Source: Candidatus Poribacteria bacterium (GTDB lineage Bacteria; Poribacteria; WGA-4E; WGA-3G). Taken from it: 64,000 nt of DNA. Numbering within the stretch: the first letter of the stretch is position 1; each line of letters starts with the position of its first letter. The stretch lies in NCBI GenBank assembly GCA_965214095.1, contig OZ243938.1, positions 3,296,001 through 3,360,000 of the forward strand. The letters are read 5' to 3'. Positions 29,196-38,568 of the stretch are shown here, piece by piece. The notes beneath the pieces were generated by a model, which had not been told where the DNA came from, did not search any database, and saw only the letters and a list, made by a program, of their open reading frames with translations. The position numbers were made by a program, and so were the translations under genes.

Positions 29196-30332
29196 CTAAA
29201 AATAACCTTTGTTATATAATACCAACATTATGCCGCCAACGATGAGGAGACTACAAAATACGAGAATGAACCACGTTGCCCCTGAAGTTTTCTTCTCAAC
29301 GATAATCCTTTGCTGAACGGGTTCTGGTGGGGCGCGTTGTGTATTCGCATTCACAGACGGTGTTTCAGCGGTTGCAAGAAGTTCCTGTTTTATTGCCTCT
29401 TCATCAGGTAATTCATCGACCGTTACTGCCTCTACATTGTCCCCGTAGAATTTATCAGGATTTTCTTCAACGTAACTTGCAACAAAATCTTCATCCCGAT
29501 TTGTGCCAGGGTCTACGTAGTTCTCATTGGGTTCAACCCCTTGGTTTTCGTAATAATCTTTGTAGAATTCGTACTCTTTCTGTTTCTCGTCAGTCCAATG
29601 CTGTCTGTCGTAGTTTGGGTGGTGATAATGCCATAAATAACTACGACGAATCGCATGGTTATAGTAGTCATGGAAATAGAGTCCGAACATCAGATTATTA
29701 TACAACATAGCCCTCTCAAGACTATACATAGAGTAGCTTGAGTATGGATTATAGTACCCACGGTAGTTTGCGACAGTGATGGTTTGACGTTGTTGTCTGC
29801 GAGCACTTGCAGTTTGTCGGTTTGCTGTCGTGACCTTTCGTTTCAAACTACGGTTTTCTGCTTTTAGCTGCCGCACCTGTTTTCGATTTTGTGCTGTGGT
29901 TGCACGGTTGGTAGTGGTTTTACGTGTTGTCGGTGTGTTGGTTGCCTTTGCTCGATTCGTAGCAGTCTGTTTTTGGCGTGCAGATGTGCTTGACCGGGTC
30001 GTTGGAGTTTTTGATGTGCGGCTTCCGCTGTAACTGCTTCCTGTGCTACGTGTTGAAGAAGTGCGTGGCTTAGTATAAGAACTCTTTGAGGAAGAAGTGC
30101 TACTGCGAGAACTACTACTTGTGCGTTTCGGAGTGGAATAACTCCTTGAGCTGCGTGAGTAACTTCGACTTGAGCTGCGACTGAAACTGCGACTGAAACT
30201 GCGACCACCGCCAAAACTTCTGCGGCTTTCTACGATATCGGGGGCAATAGAAAATAAAAATAAAACTATTCCGAATATTGACAATATCCGTTTACATTTG
30301 GTTCCAAATGTTGGTTGATGGTATTTGTTCAT
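29196..30332 (-). CDS. Exported, C-terminally anchored low-complexity protein
   Basis: Signal/TM segment, Ser/Arg/Thr-rich tract, coiled coil, Tyr/His-rich block, acidic block, C-terminal TM; ATG 30332 after GGAGG. Confidence 0.75.
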   Translation of the reverse strand: MNKYHQPTFGTKCKRILSIFGIVLFLFSIAPDIVESRRSFGGGRSFSRSFSRSSSRSYSRSSRSYSTPKRTSSSSRSSTSSSKSSYTKPRTSSTRSTGSSYSGSRTSKTPTTRSSTSARQKQTATNRAKATNTPTTRKTTTNRATTAQNRKQVRQLKAENRSLKRKVTTANRQTASARRQQRQTITVANYRGYYNPYSSYSMYSLERAMLYNNLMFGLYFHDYYNHAIRRSYLWHYHHPNYDRQHWTDEKQKEYEFYKDYYENQGVEPNENYVDPGTNRDEDFVASYVEENPDKFYGDNVEAVTVDELPDEEAIKQELLATAETPSVNANTQRAPPEPVQQRIIVEKKTSGATWFILVFCSLLIVGGIMLVLYNKGYF

Positions 30333-30371
30333 GATACTGAAATCCTCCCACAAGTACTATAGACAAAAAAC

Positions 30372-30401
30372 TTGACAAACAATATCTATATTTGTTAAAC
30401 T
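30372..30401 (+). promoter_or_regulatory. Sigma70 promoter of tRNA-Arg(CCG)
   Basis: TTGACA-18 nt-TAAACT with TG extension. Confidence 0.7.
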
Positions 30402-30420
30402 AATATGACCCTTATAGTAT

Positions 30421-30494
<74 letters not shown>

Positions 30495-30604
30495 TTTTTT
30501 GTTCCTTCGCTGTTTGGTAAACCTCTTGAACCTTTACTGGCATCTCATTTTAATTATGTTAACATGAAAGGAAATGAGTGTCAAGGATATAGAAAGGAAA
30601 AAAT

Positions 30605-31477
30605 ATGGCACTTGATGTCCGTGATGAAAAACTATTGGAATTAGTTGATTCAGAAGCAGAAGTCAAACAGTTGGCTACTGGATTTCAATTTACCGAAGGA
30701 CCTCTCTGGAATTCTATTGGACGATATTTGCTCTTTAGTGATATTCCTGCGAATAAAATACGTAAATGGGATGAAGAATCTGGTATGTCCGTTTTCAGAG
30801 ACCCGTCTGGTAAGTCAAACGGTTTGACTTACGATAAAGGTGGCCACTTGATTACTTGTGAACACGCGAACCGTCGTGTTTCAAGAACTACAGCGGATGG
30901 AGACATTCAAACGATTGCATCACACTACAAAGGAAAACGTTTGAATAGTCCCAACGATATTGTTGTCAAATCGGATGGTAGCATCTATTTTACGGATCCA
31001 CCATACGGGATAACATCGGAATCAGAGAAAGAACTTGATTTTCACGGTGTGTACCGATTGTCTCCTGATAAACAAGACTTGACATTACTTGTAGATGATT
31101 TTGATAGACCGAACGGTATCTGTTTTTCACCTGATGAGTCTGTCTTATATATTAATGACACGAAACGGATGCACGTGCGTGCTTTTGATGTGCAAGATGA
31201 TGGTACGTTAGCCAATGGTCGTGTTTTCGCAGAGGAAGAGGGAAAAAATGGCGTTCCAGATGGTATGAAAGTGGATGTGAACGGTAATGTCTATTTGACA
31301 GGACCCAATGGTATATGGATATTTGCTCCAGATGGGACACACCTTGGTATTATTCTTGTTCCTGAACGCACAGCGAATCTTGCATGGGGTGGAGATTTTT
31401 GGAAGAGTCTTTTTATCACTGCGAGCACATCTATCTATCGCGTAGAATGCAAAGTAGAAGGGATAGCAGTTTCCTAA
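30605..31477 (+). CDS. SMP-30/gluconolactonase family protein
   Basis: FTEGPLW, LNSPND, FTDPPYG, PNGICFSPD, PDGMKVD. Confidence 0.92.
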   Translation: MALDVRDEKLLELVDSEAEVKQLATGFQFTEGPLWNSIGRYLLFSDIPANKIRKWDEESGMSVFRDPSGKSNGLTYDKGGHLITCEHANRRVSRTTADGDIQTIASHYKGKRLNSPNDIVVKSDGSIYFTDPPYGITSESEKELDFHGVYRLSPDKQDLTLLVDDFDRPNGICFSPDESVLYINDTKRMHVRAFDVQDDGTLANGRVFAEEEGKNGVPDGMKVDVNGNVYLTGPNGIWIFAPDGTHLGIILVPERTANLAWGGDFWKSLFITASTSIYRVECKVEGIAVS

Positions 31478-31908
31478 TGAAAGTGAAAATTAAAAGAGTA
31501 GACAAATCACTTCCTTTACCAAAATACGAAACTGACGGTTCGGTTGGATTTGACTTGTTGTGTCGTGAATCTGCTGAAATTGCACCGCATGAAATAGTTT
31601 TAATTCCAGCGAATGTAATTGTGGAAACGCCTCCCGGATACATGTTAATGTTGTGTATGCGGAGTAGTACCCCTCGTAAATTCGGATTGATGATGGCACA
31701 AAGTGTCGGTATTATTGACACTGACTATTGCGGTGAAGAAGATGAGATAAAAATCCAAGTTTACAATTTCACCGATGAGACTGTGACCATTGAACGTGGG
31801 AGTCGGATCGCACAAGCGATATTTGTCCGTGTTGCGACTGTGGAATGGGATGAGGTAGCGGGGATGACAGAGTCTTCGCGTGGAGGATTTGGGAGTACTG
31901 ACAAGTAA
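31477..31908 (+). CDS. dut: dUTPase
   Basis: GFDL, RSS, GIIDTDYCG, RIAQ, RGGFGST; TAATG overlap gives start 31477. Confidence 0.93.
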   Translation: MKVKIKRVDKSLPLPKYETDGSVGFDLLCRESAEIAPHEIVLIPANVIVETPPGYMLMLCMRSSTPRKFGLMMAQSVGIIDTDYCGEEDEIKIQVYNFTDETVTIERGSRIAQAIFVRVATVEWDEVAGMTESSRGGFGSTDK

Positions 31909-31971
31909 CTCTATTTTCTACCATTTCGTATTTATAGATAAACAAAATATAAGGGAGATATAAAAATAAAT

Positions 31972-32769
31972 ATGAAACAGTATCTTGAAGGACTACAACA
32001 GATATTAGACACAGGTGTTGATCGTGATGGCAGAAACGGGAAAACTCGCGCCTTGTTCGGTATGCAGATGCGGTATAATCTGGAAGATGGTTTTCCTGCA
32101 GTAACTACAAAGAAGCTTGCCTTTCGTTCTGTCAAGGCAGAACTACTTGGTTTTTTACGGGGTTATGATCACATCAAACAATTTCAGAAACTGGGAACGC
32201 AAATATGGAATGCTAATGCTGCTGCATGGGGGCGTGATGGTGCTCTCGGTTGTATCTATGGCGTTCAGTGGCGTAGGTGGCGAACAGAAGGTGGTAGGAT
32301 TGATCAGTTGGCAGAGGTGATTGAACAGATCAAGACAAATCCACATAGTCGTCGGCATGTCGTTACGGCATGGAATCCGGGCGAATTAGATCAGATGGCA
32401 TTAGCACCGTGCCACATGTTTTTCCAATTTTTTGTTGCAGATGACAAATTGTCGTTGCAGATGTATCAACGTAGTTGTGATATGTTTTTGGGTGTTCCTT
32501 TCAACATAGCGTCTTATTCGTTACTCCTTTCTATGGTTGCTCAGATAACGGGTCTTCAAGCGAGTGAATTTATCCATGTATTAGGAGACGCACATATTTA
32601 TCACACTCATTTTGATCAAGTCAAAGTACAACTCAAACGTCAGCCTTATCCATTACCTGAGCTTGTCCTTAACACGAAGGTGACCTCAATTGATAACTTC
32701 AAAATGCAGGATTTGCAGTTGGAAAACTACCAGTCTCATGATGCAATTCGTGCCAGAATGATTGTTTAA
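31972..32769 (+). CDS. thyA: Thymidylate synthase
   Basis: FPAVTTKK, SRRHVVTAWNP, LAPCH, YQRSCDMFLGVPFNIASY, GDAHIY. Confidence 0.97.
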   Translation: MKQYLEGLQQILDTGVDRDGRNGKTRALFGMQMRYNLEDGFPAVTTKKLAFRSVKAELLGFLRGYDHIKQFQKLGTQIWNANAAAWGRDGALGCIYGVQWRRWRTEGGRIDQLAEVIEQIKTNPHSRRHVVTAWNPGELDQMALAPCHMFFQFFVADDKLSLQMYQRSCDMFLGVPFNIASYSLLLSMVAQITGLQASEFIHVLGDAHIYHTHFDQVKVQLKRQPYPLPELVLNTKVTSIDNFKMQDLQLENYQSHDAIRARMIV

Positions 32770-32847
32770 AAAATCTAATCAGGTTTGGACATTTTTAGAG
32801 TTACGCGACAATAGGTTTAAGGAATATTAAAATGAATTCACCAACGT

Positions 32848-33176
32848 TTCAGGCAGGAAGCCCACTTCTTTAGGTGTGGGAGGAATGCCCGTTCCTATAT
32901 TTTGCTTGACAGAAAACGTCAAGTCTATTATTATATGCCCAAGCAAGTCGGAAGTGTCTTGCATATCGGGGCACGTTGATTATATCCGTGTCCAAGTAAC
33001 TCGAAGACGATAGTTCGCTCGAACAGCTTCCGAAGTCGGAAGTGTCTGAGGTTCTGTATCGTGGGTCGCTGGGACCCCTCGGTGGCATACAGGTAAAGTT
33101 ACGAGCCAAGACCGAAGAACATCAAGCCTGGCAGAAGATTAACACAATCCCATGCCTTTAGGCTTGGGTACCTGAA
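32848..33176 (+). mobile_element. ORF-less IS200/IS605-family derivative: left- and right-end hairpins around a structured interior
   Basis: GGCAGGAAGCCCACTTCTTTAGGTGTGGGAGGAATGCC (32852-32889) and CCCATGCCTTTAGGCTTGGGTACCTGAA (33149-33176) resemble TnpA(Y1)-bound subterminal hairpins with CTTTAG loops. Confidence 0.72.
32906..32934 (+). promoter_or_regulatory. Sigma70 promoter inside the IS200/IS605-derived element
   Basis: TTGACA-17 nt-TATTAT; the -35 lies within palindrome CTTGAC-N7-GTCAAG. Confidence 0.65.
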
Positions 33177-33285
33177 TAAGAACATGCTTATACACCTGTC
33201 GCCTCGCTGGGGCTTTTGTAAGTGGCACACTATATACTATTTCCTACGAATTGCAATCTACATAAAATCTCAAATGTAATATTTT

Positions 33286-33418
33286 TAGTAAAAACCATAA
33301 TTATTTACACACGACGGTAGGTTCGGTTTCCTAACCGAACCGGTGTTGTTCTGTCTCATAGATGCGGTTAGGAAACCGCATCTACCGCGGAGTGTGTACA
33401 TATTTTTACATTTCACTA
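33286..33418 (+). mobile_element. MITE-like element carrying an inverted GTAG-REP doublet (copy 1)
   Basis: Imperfect TIRs TAGTAAAAACC../..CATTTCACTA; near-identical inverted copy at 58035-58168. Confidence 0.8.
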
Positions 33419-33428
33419 TAATAGAAGA

Positions 33429-34211
33429 ATGACTATGACTAAAACAAAAAGCCTGATTGTCCTATGCATAAGTTTCATAATAGTACTCTGTGGATGCGGC
33501 AAACCCTCTCATGGTTTCAAAATCTACAGAAACAGTGATATGGTTTTAATCTTTTTAGCATTGCAGAATACATCTGAAATTGTTGACGCAACAATTGATA
33601 ATGGCAATAAAGAGCTGCAATTGGATATTGATACGGGTCAAGAGGTAGTGAATCATGTCATGTCTCTTAAACGGAAATTATTTGTCAGTCTCATCAAACC
33701 TGATGAGACGCTTGAAATTAAAGAAAGAGACAGGATAAATGGATACGGGATCGTTCATTTAACGGTATCTTCCCCTATACCCAACAGAGGGTCAATGTCT
33801 CTCAACTGGACAGGTATAAAGAAACCTGGTATTCCTCAGCAAGCAGGACTTTTCAACAATTCCGGAGCATTCCGTGTTGGTGATAGAATTTTGGCATACT
33901 GTCGTATTCCAGAACACGAAGAGTCGTCATGGAAAATTTCTAAATTTGGCGTTACAGTTGAAGTTACAGACACTACATCTTTTGAGAATCTTGAGGTCAA
34001 TACTGATGGGAATCCTGTTTTGGAGATTTTAACTGGTGATGAAGAAATAGGAAACCAGAAACTTAATTTTGTCCTTAAAGAACTGCAACCACATGAAACA
34101 GTTGAAGTAGAGAATAAACAGAAATTAGGTGATGATGTTTTTCTTGTTAACCTGAGGGTTATCCCAAAGAATAATCAGCATATAAATGATGATATTTTGT
34201 CAGATCGTTGA
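33429..34211 (+). CDS. Unknown lipoprotein (array member 1)
   Basis: Lipobox LCGC; EIVDA..L..DTG, DRING..IVHL shared with the next two genes. Confidence 0.72.
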   Translation: MTMTKTKSLIVLCISFIIVLCGCGKPSHGFKIYRNSDMVLIFLALQNTSEIVDATIDNGNKELQLDIDTGQEVVNHVMSLKRKLFVSLIKPDETLEIKERDRINGYGIVHLTVSSPIPNRGSMSLNWTGIKKPGIPQQAGLFNNSGAFRVGDRILAYCRIPEHEESSWKISKFGVTVEVTDTTSFENLEVNTDGNPVLEILTGDEEIGNQKLNFVLKELQPHETVEVENKQKLGDDVFLVNLRVIPKNNQHINDDILSDR

Positions 34212-34247
34212 GTAAATGTTCGCAGTGTAAAATGGGAGAATTTCCTT

Positions 34248-34982
34248 ATGAAAACCAACATTCTTTATATTATCAGTCTGTTACTGTTGTGTGTTAGTTG
34301 TAATGTTGAACAGAAACAACAACTGAGTTATGTGGAAGGTAGTGGTGGTCATGAATATCGAATGCATGAGATCCGTATACCAGAAAATTGGAAAATAGTG
34401 GATGCAGAACTTGATTTCAGACAGTTAAACTTAGAGTTTGATAGAGGTAATGGTATTGAAAAACAGAGTTTAAAATATCCATACAGAGCTTCTGACATCA
34501 TTGATGACTACTATGAGTTTTTTAAATTCAGAGGGGCAAATAGGTTAGCTGGACGAACTTTATTACATTTTTCCACAGATGAAGATCCGCAAAGCGAGTT
34601 TAACCCTCCTATTGGAACATCCAAGATTTCGTCAGGCATAAAAGAACGTGAAGAATTTGCCATCTATCGGACAAGTAGATTGCTTGTAATCCATTTCTCA
34701 ATTAAGAATACGGCTCTCGGTAATTTGACTTCTCACGACCTTACAAAACGTTACGCAAAAGGACCACATAATAGAGGAGAAACGGCTTATTTTGAAATCA
34801 TTGATGGTAAAATGCATTATAATATAGTGCTTAATAATAAAGAAACCCGAAGCTTTCTCATTGATGATTATTATAAGAATGAAACTTATAACGGTAGTGG
34901 AGAAAGCAATAGTATAAGCAATAATGAGGTAAGTTGGACTTGGAGTTATAGGATTACCTCTAAACATGAAATGGATAGGTAA
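34248..34982 (+). CDS. Unknown lipoprotein (array member 2)
   Basis: Lipobox CVSC; WKIVDA, FDRGNGIEK, GANRLAG..LHFS, NTALGNLTSHDL. Confidence 0.78.
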   Translation: MKTNILYIISLLLLCVSCNVEQKQQLSYVEGSGGHEYRMHEIRIPENWKIVDAELDFRQLNLEFDRGNGIEKQSLKYPYRASDIIDDYYEFFKFRGANRLAGRTLLHFSTDEDPQSEFNPPIGTSKISSGIKEREEFAIYRTSRLLVIHFSIKNTALGNLTSHDLTKRYAKGPHNRGETAYFEIIDGKMHYNIVLNNKETRSFLIDDYYKNETYNGSGESNSISNNEVSWTWSYRITSKHEMDR

Positions 34983-35043
34983 GTATAAAATCAATTCAGA
35001 TCGTTGAGTTAATGTTTGCGGTGTATATGCGGAGAACCGACAA

Positions 35044-35811
35044 ATGAAAACTTGGATAGTTTATATAATCAGTTTCTTATTACTGTGTAGTAGTTGCCAG
35101 ATGGAACAACGGAGCCTGATGGAACAAAAGTCACGTGACTTTTTTGAACAAGAACCGCGTATTATATCCATAGGTAGTGATGGATGGAGTACGTTTCAGA
35201 TAGTCATGCCGGTTCATTGGAAAATAGATGATGCTCAACTTAATTTAAACCCAATGAATCAAGAATTTGATTTACACTTAGCGTTTGATAGAGGTAGAGG
35301 TATAGAAAAACATAGTTTACCGGTTGATTTTCTGTCTAATGATTATGCCGAAGATATTCAATTCAGTGGTGCAAACAGAATTGATGGGTTGGCATTCTTG
35401 CACTTTAGTAAAAAAGATCCTCAGACTATGGCAAAACCTCCGTTGGGTATATCCAGAATTAATAAAGAAGCAAAATTCCATGAGATCATACTTGCTTATC
35501 GAAGCGGCAATCAACTTAAGGTGCTTTTTTTAGCCGAGAATACCTCGTTTGGTAATCTTCAATCTCACGATCTTCACCATTACTATTTTGGAGAAACTGA
35601 GATTAAAGACTATGCTAAGTATACATTAGAACTCAATAATGGTGAATTACAATTTAATTTTGGAAATAACTCCAAAGGCAACCGAAATTTTCCCATTCAT
35701 AAGTTGGTAAATCGGTATGAAGAATTTGGTCCTGGCGGCGAAGGGGCTGCTATGGGTTCAGTTAGGTTGCAGGTGACGGCGCGCTATGAATTAGTTTCTA
35801 AAGATAAATAA
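35044..35811 (+). CDS. Unknown lipoprotein (array member 3)
   Basis: Lipobox CSSC; WKIDDA, FDRGRGIEK, GANRIDG..LHFS, NTSFGNLQSHDL. Confidence 0.78.
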   Translation: MKTWIVYIISFLLLCSSCQMEQRSLMEQKSRDFFEQEPRIISIGSDGWSTFQIVMPVHWKIDDAQLNLNPMNQEFDLHLAFDRGRGIEKHSLPVDFLSNDYAEDIQFSGANRIDGLAFLHFSKKDPQTMAKPPLGISRINKEAKFHEIILAYRSGNQLKVLFLAENTSFGNLQSHDLHHYYFGETEIKDYAKYTLELNNGELQFNFGNNSKGNRNFPIHKLVNRYEEFGPGGEGAAMGSVRLQVTARYELVSKDK

Positions 35812-35865
35812 AATCAGAGAAATACAACTAACCGTTTTGCGAACCGATGGAGGACTGAAAGTACA

Positions 35866-36369
35866 TTGCAAATCTCAATGATTGCTGCGATAGATAAGAA
35901 TAGACTCATTGGCAATGGTCCAAACATCCCTTGGAAACTGCCTGCTGATCTCAAACACTTTCGTGAGATGACAATTGGCAAACCTGTCGTCATGGGACGC
36001 AAAACCTTTGAAACACTTCCACGTCCGTTGGCAAAGCGAAAGAATATCATCCTCACCCGCAATCAGAACTACACTGCCCCGAAAGGTTGTATAGTTACTC
36101 ACTCTGTAGAGGAAATCATTACAACTGTCAGCGAAATCTATGTCGACGTGACAACGGAACTTATGATTTGTGGTGGAGCGCCAATTTACGCAGCCTTTTT
36201 ATCACATTCTACCCGACTTTATCTCACACAGGTTCATGCTACGTTTGAAGGGGATGTCTATTTTCCTGAATTTGATTGGAATGCGTGGGATGAAGTGAAA
36301 CGGATTGACTGTGATGCGGATGAGAAGAATCCTTATCCTTACAGTTTTTTGGTTTTAGATAAGAAATAG
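35866..36369 (+). CDS. folA: Dihydrofolate reductase
   Basis: IG..PNIPWKLPADLKHF, VMGRKTFE, PLAKRKNIILT, ICGGAPIY, GDVYFP. Confidence 0.96.
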   Translation: MQISMIAAIDKNRLIGNGPNIPWKLPADLKHFREMTIGKPVVMGRKTFETLPRPLAKRKNIILTRNQNYTAPKGCIVTHSVEEIITTVSEIYVDVTTELMICGGAPIYAAFLSHSTRLYLTQVHATFEGDVYFPEFDWNAWDEVKRIDCDADEKNPYPYSFLVLDKK

Positions 36370-36386
36370 AATAGTGGAGTGAATTA

Positions 36387-37019
36387 GTGCTTAATTTATG
36401 TATGCTTTCTGGTTCTTTTGAATATGACTCAGAAACATCTTTGACTATTTTCAAAAAGTATGTTGAGAAAAACTACCCCATCCAAGCCAATATGATTGCC
36501 TATGAATCAGAAGATGATGACCCATCTTTAGCTGCGATAGATGATGCAGATGCTCTGTTAGTCTTTACGCGGCGGCTCAATACAGATGGAGATTCACTTG
36601 CGAAATTTCAGGCATATTGTGAGACAGGCAAGCCACTCGTTGGTGTGCGAACTGCAAGCCACGCATATCAGAATTGGTTGGATTTTGATAAAGAGGTATT
36701 GGGAGGGGACTATCAAGGTCATTATGGTCACGGTCCCACTGTTCAGTTAGAAACGTTAGCACCAGAACATCCAATCCTGAAAGATATACCCAAATTTGAA
36801 AGTTATGGGAGTCTATATAGGAATCCTTCAATTAGTAATGATGCATCTGTGCTTCAGATGGGACACACGGATGAACATACGGAACCTGTTGCTTGGACGC
36901 GTTTGCACAATGGTGGACGTATCTGCTATACTTCGTTAGGACATCAGAAGGATTTTGAATTAGATGCGTTTTTGCAGTTTCTGGTACAGAGTGTTCTTTG
37001 GGTGACAGAAGAGATATAG
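36387..37019 (+). CDS. ThuA-like (class I GATase-like) domain protein
   Basis: GVRTASHA, GSLY, EPVAWT, GRICYTSLGH. Confidence 0.8.
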   Translation: MLNLCMLSGSFEYDSETSLTIFKKYVEKNYPIQANMIAYESEDDDPSLAAIDDADALLVFTRRLNTDGDSLAKFQAYCETGKPLVGVRTASHAYQNWLDFDKEVLGGDYQGHYGHGPTVQLETLAPEHPILKDIPKFESYGSLYRNPSISNDASVLQMGHTDEHTEPVAWTRLHNGGRICYTSLGHQKDFELDAFLQFLVQSVLWVTEEI

Positions 37020-37077
37020 GAAGATTTAATTTAAGGATTTTTTATACCTCTGTGTTTTGCAGGGGTATTTTTTAGAT

Positions 37078-38304
37078 ATGGAAACACTTGCGATAACGAA
37101 TGGCGACATCTATACCCCGACACATTACGGTCACGGTAATCTCGTCATTCAAGGCGATAAAATATCAGCAATTACTAAAGAGCAATTACCTCCATCCGAT
37201 GAGGTGATTGATGCATCTGGTTGCCTTGTCATTCCTGGATTGATTGATGGATTGATTCACGGCGGTGGTGGTTGTGATAGCATGACCGGAAAAGTTGAAG
37301 ATATTGAGACAATTGCACGCGCACATGCATCAGATGGTGTGACTTCTTTGGTGGTAGGTATATCTTCTGGGAGTATGGAGCATATAAACGCATCTTTAGA
37401 GGCAATTGCACAAGTTGCTGATGAACCCGTGTCAGATGGATCTAGGATTATAGGGTCGTATGTTGAGGGGAAATTCGGTAGTCTTGCCAAGAATGGCGCA
37501 CAGAATGCGAAATACATTACACCTCCGAACTTTGAAGAATTTCACGCAATGTGGGCAGCCTCTGATGGTACATTAAAGGTAATTTCTGTCGCACCAGAAA
37601 ACGATGAAAATTTTCAGTTTATCAAACATCTTGCTGAATTTAGGACAGATGCTTATAATAACATTGTTATAGCGATGGGACATACAAACGCTTCTTATCA
37701 GCAAGCGATGGATGCAATTGACGCGGGTGTTACACGTGCAACACATACCTACAACGGCATGAGCGGTATGCACCACCGTGATCTCGGTGCACTTGAGGCA
37801 GTTTTAGATCATCCAAACATACACGCGGAATTGATTGTTGACGAACACCACGTAAATCCTTTCTGGGGTAAACATCTGATAGAAGCAAAAGGTGTTTCAG
37901 GTGTAGGATTGATTACGGATTGCACCGAACATGCGGGTCTTTCTACTGAAGAATGGCAGAAGGATGCCGTATATGAAGCAGCACATGACGCGTTTCAGCT
38001 TAAGGATATGGTTGATACGGATACCTATAAATATATAAAAGATGGTGCAATGTGGTTGGATGTTGGCAAACCGACTGAACGGCTCGCGGGAGCAATCATC
38101 ACATTGATGGATGGTGTCCGTAATGTTGTGAAGTGGGGATTTTCATTGGAAGATGCGTTGACGATGGCGACATTAACACCTGCACAGAATTTAGGTGTAG
38201 AGGATCGCGTGGGTTCAATTGCCCCTGATAAGGCTGCAGATATAGTTATTGTTGATGACAGTTTAAATGTGCAAAAGGTGGTTTTGCGTGGGAAAGTGAT
38301 ATAA
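37078..38304 (+). CDS. nagA: N-acetylglucosamine-6-phosphate deacetylase-like amidohydrolase
   Basis: PGLID..HG, APE, GHTNA, THTYNGM, ITD, LAG, TPAQNLG, ADIV; start ATG 37078. Confidence 0.8.
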   Translation: METLAITNGDIYTPTHYGHGNLVIQGDKISAITKEQLPPSDEVIDASGCLVIPGLIDGLIHGGGGCDSMTGKVEDIETIARAHASDGVTSLVVGISSGSMEHINASLEAIAQVADEPVSDGSRIIGSYVEGKFGSLAKNGAQNAKYITPPNFEEFHAMWAASDGTLKVISVAPENDENFQFIKHLAEFRTDAYNNIVIAMGHTNASYQQAMDAIDAGVTRATHTYNGMSGMHHRDLGALEAVLDHPNIHAELIVDEHHVNPFWGKHLIEAKGVSGVGLITDCTEHAGLSTEEWQKDAVYEAAHDAFQLKDMVDTDTYKYIKDGAMWLDVGKPTERLAGAIITLMDGVRNVVKWGFSLEDALTMATLTPAQNLGVEDRVGSIAPDKAADIVIVDDSLNVQKVVLRGKVI

Positions 38305-38495
38305 TGAATTACTAAACTAATGGGATATTGTCTATCAGAAATAGTATGGGAACAAATTGATTTTCAGTCAGTTTTTTCTGGTATATCCCAATTTAGAAAA
38401 AGTGATCCGTATTTCCTGATTTCGGTGTAAATTGCAAGAAATTTAGCAATTTTACAATAAATCTATAATAATTCGGACATTTTTCTGAATTAAAC

Positions 38496-38524
38496 TTGAC
38501 ATGACCTTAATTAATGATTATAAT
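38496..38524 (+). promoter_or_regulatory. Consensus sigma70 promoter of the str operon
   Basis: Perfect TTGACA-17 nt-TATAAT. Confidence 0.9.
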
Positions 38525-38568
38525 ATAAGTTTTGAGTGTAGTTATAAGTCTTGTCCGCAGCAATTCAA

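Noticed and set aside
32945-33047. 15-nt direct repeat as a mini CRISPR array
   Set aside because: Only two short copies, a 73-nt gap, no cas genes; better explained as part of the structured element.
32870-33109. 79-aa minus-strand ORF as a transposase or TnpB remnant
   Set aside because: TTG start with no recognisable HUH, RuvC or zinc-finger motif.
34200-35009. Junction repeat containing GTTGAGT (GTTRRRY) as an integron attC site
   Set aside because: No matching RYYYAAC inverse core or attC palindrome and no integrase; the similarity extends into the signal peptide, as expected for tandem duplication.
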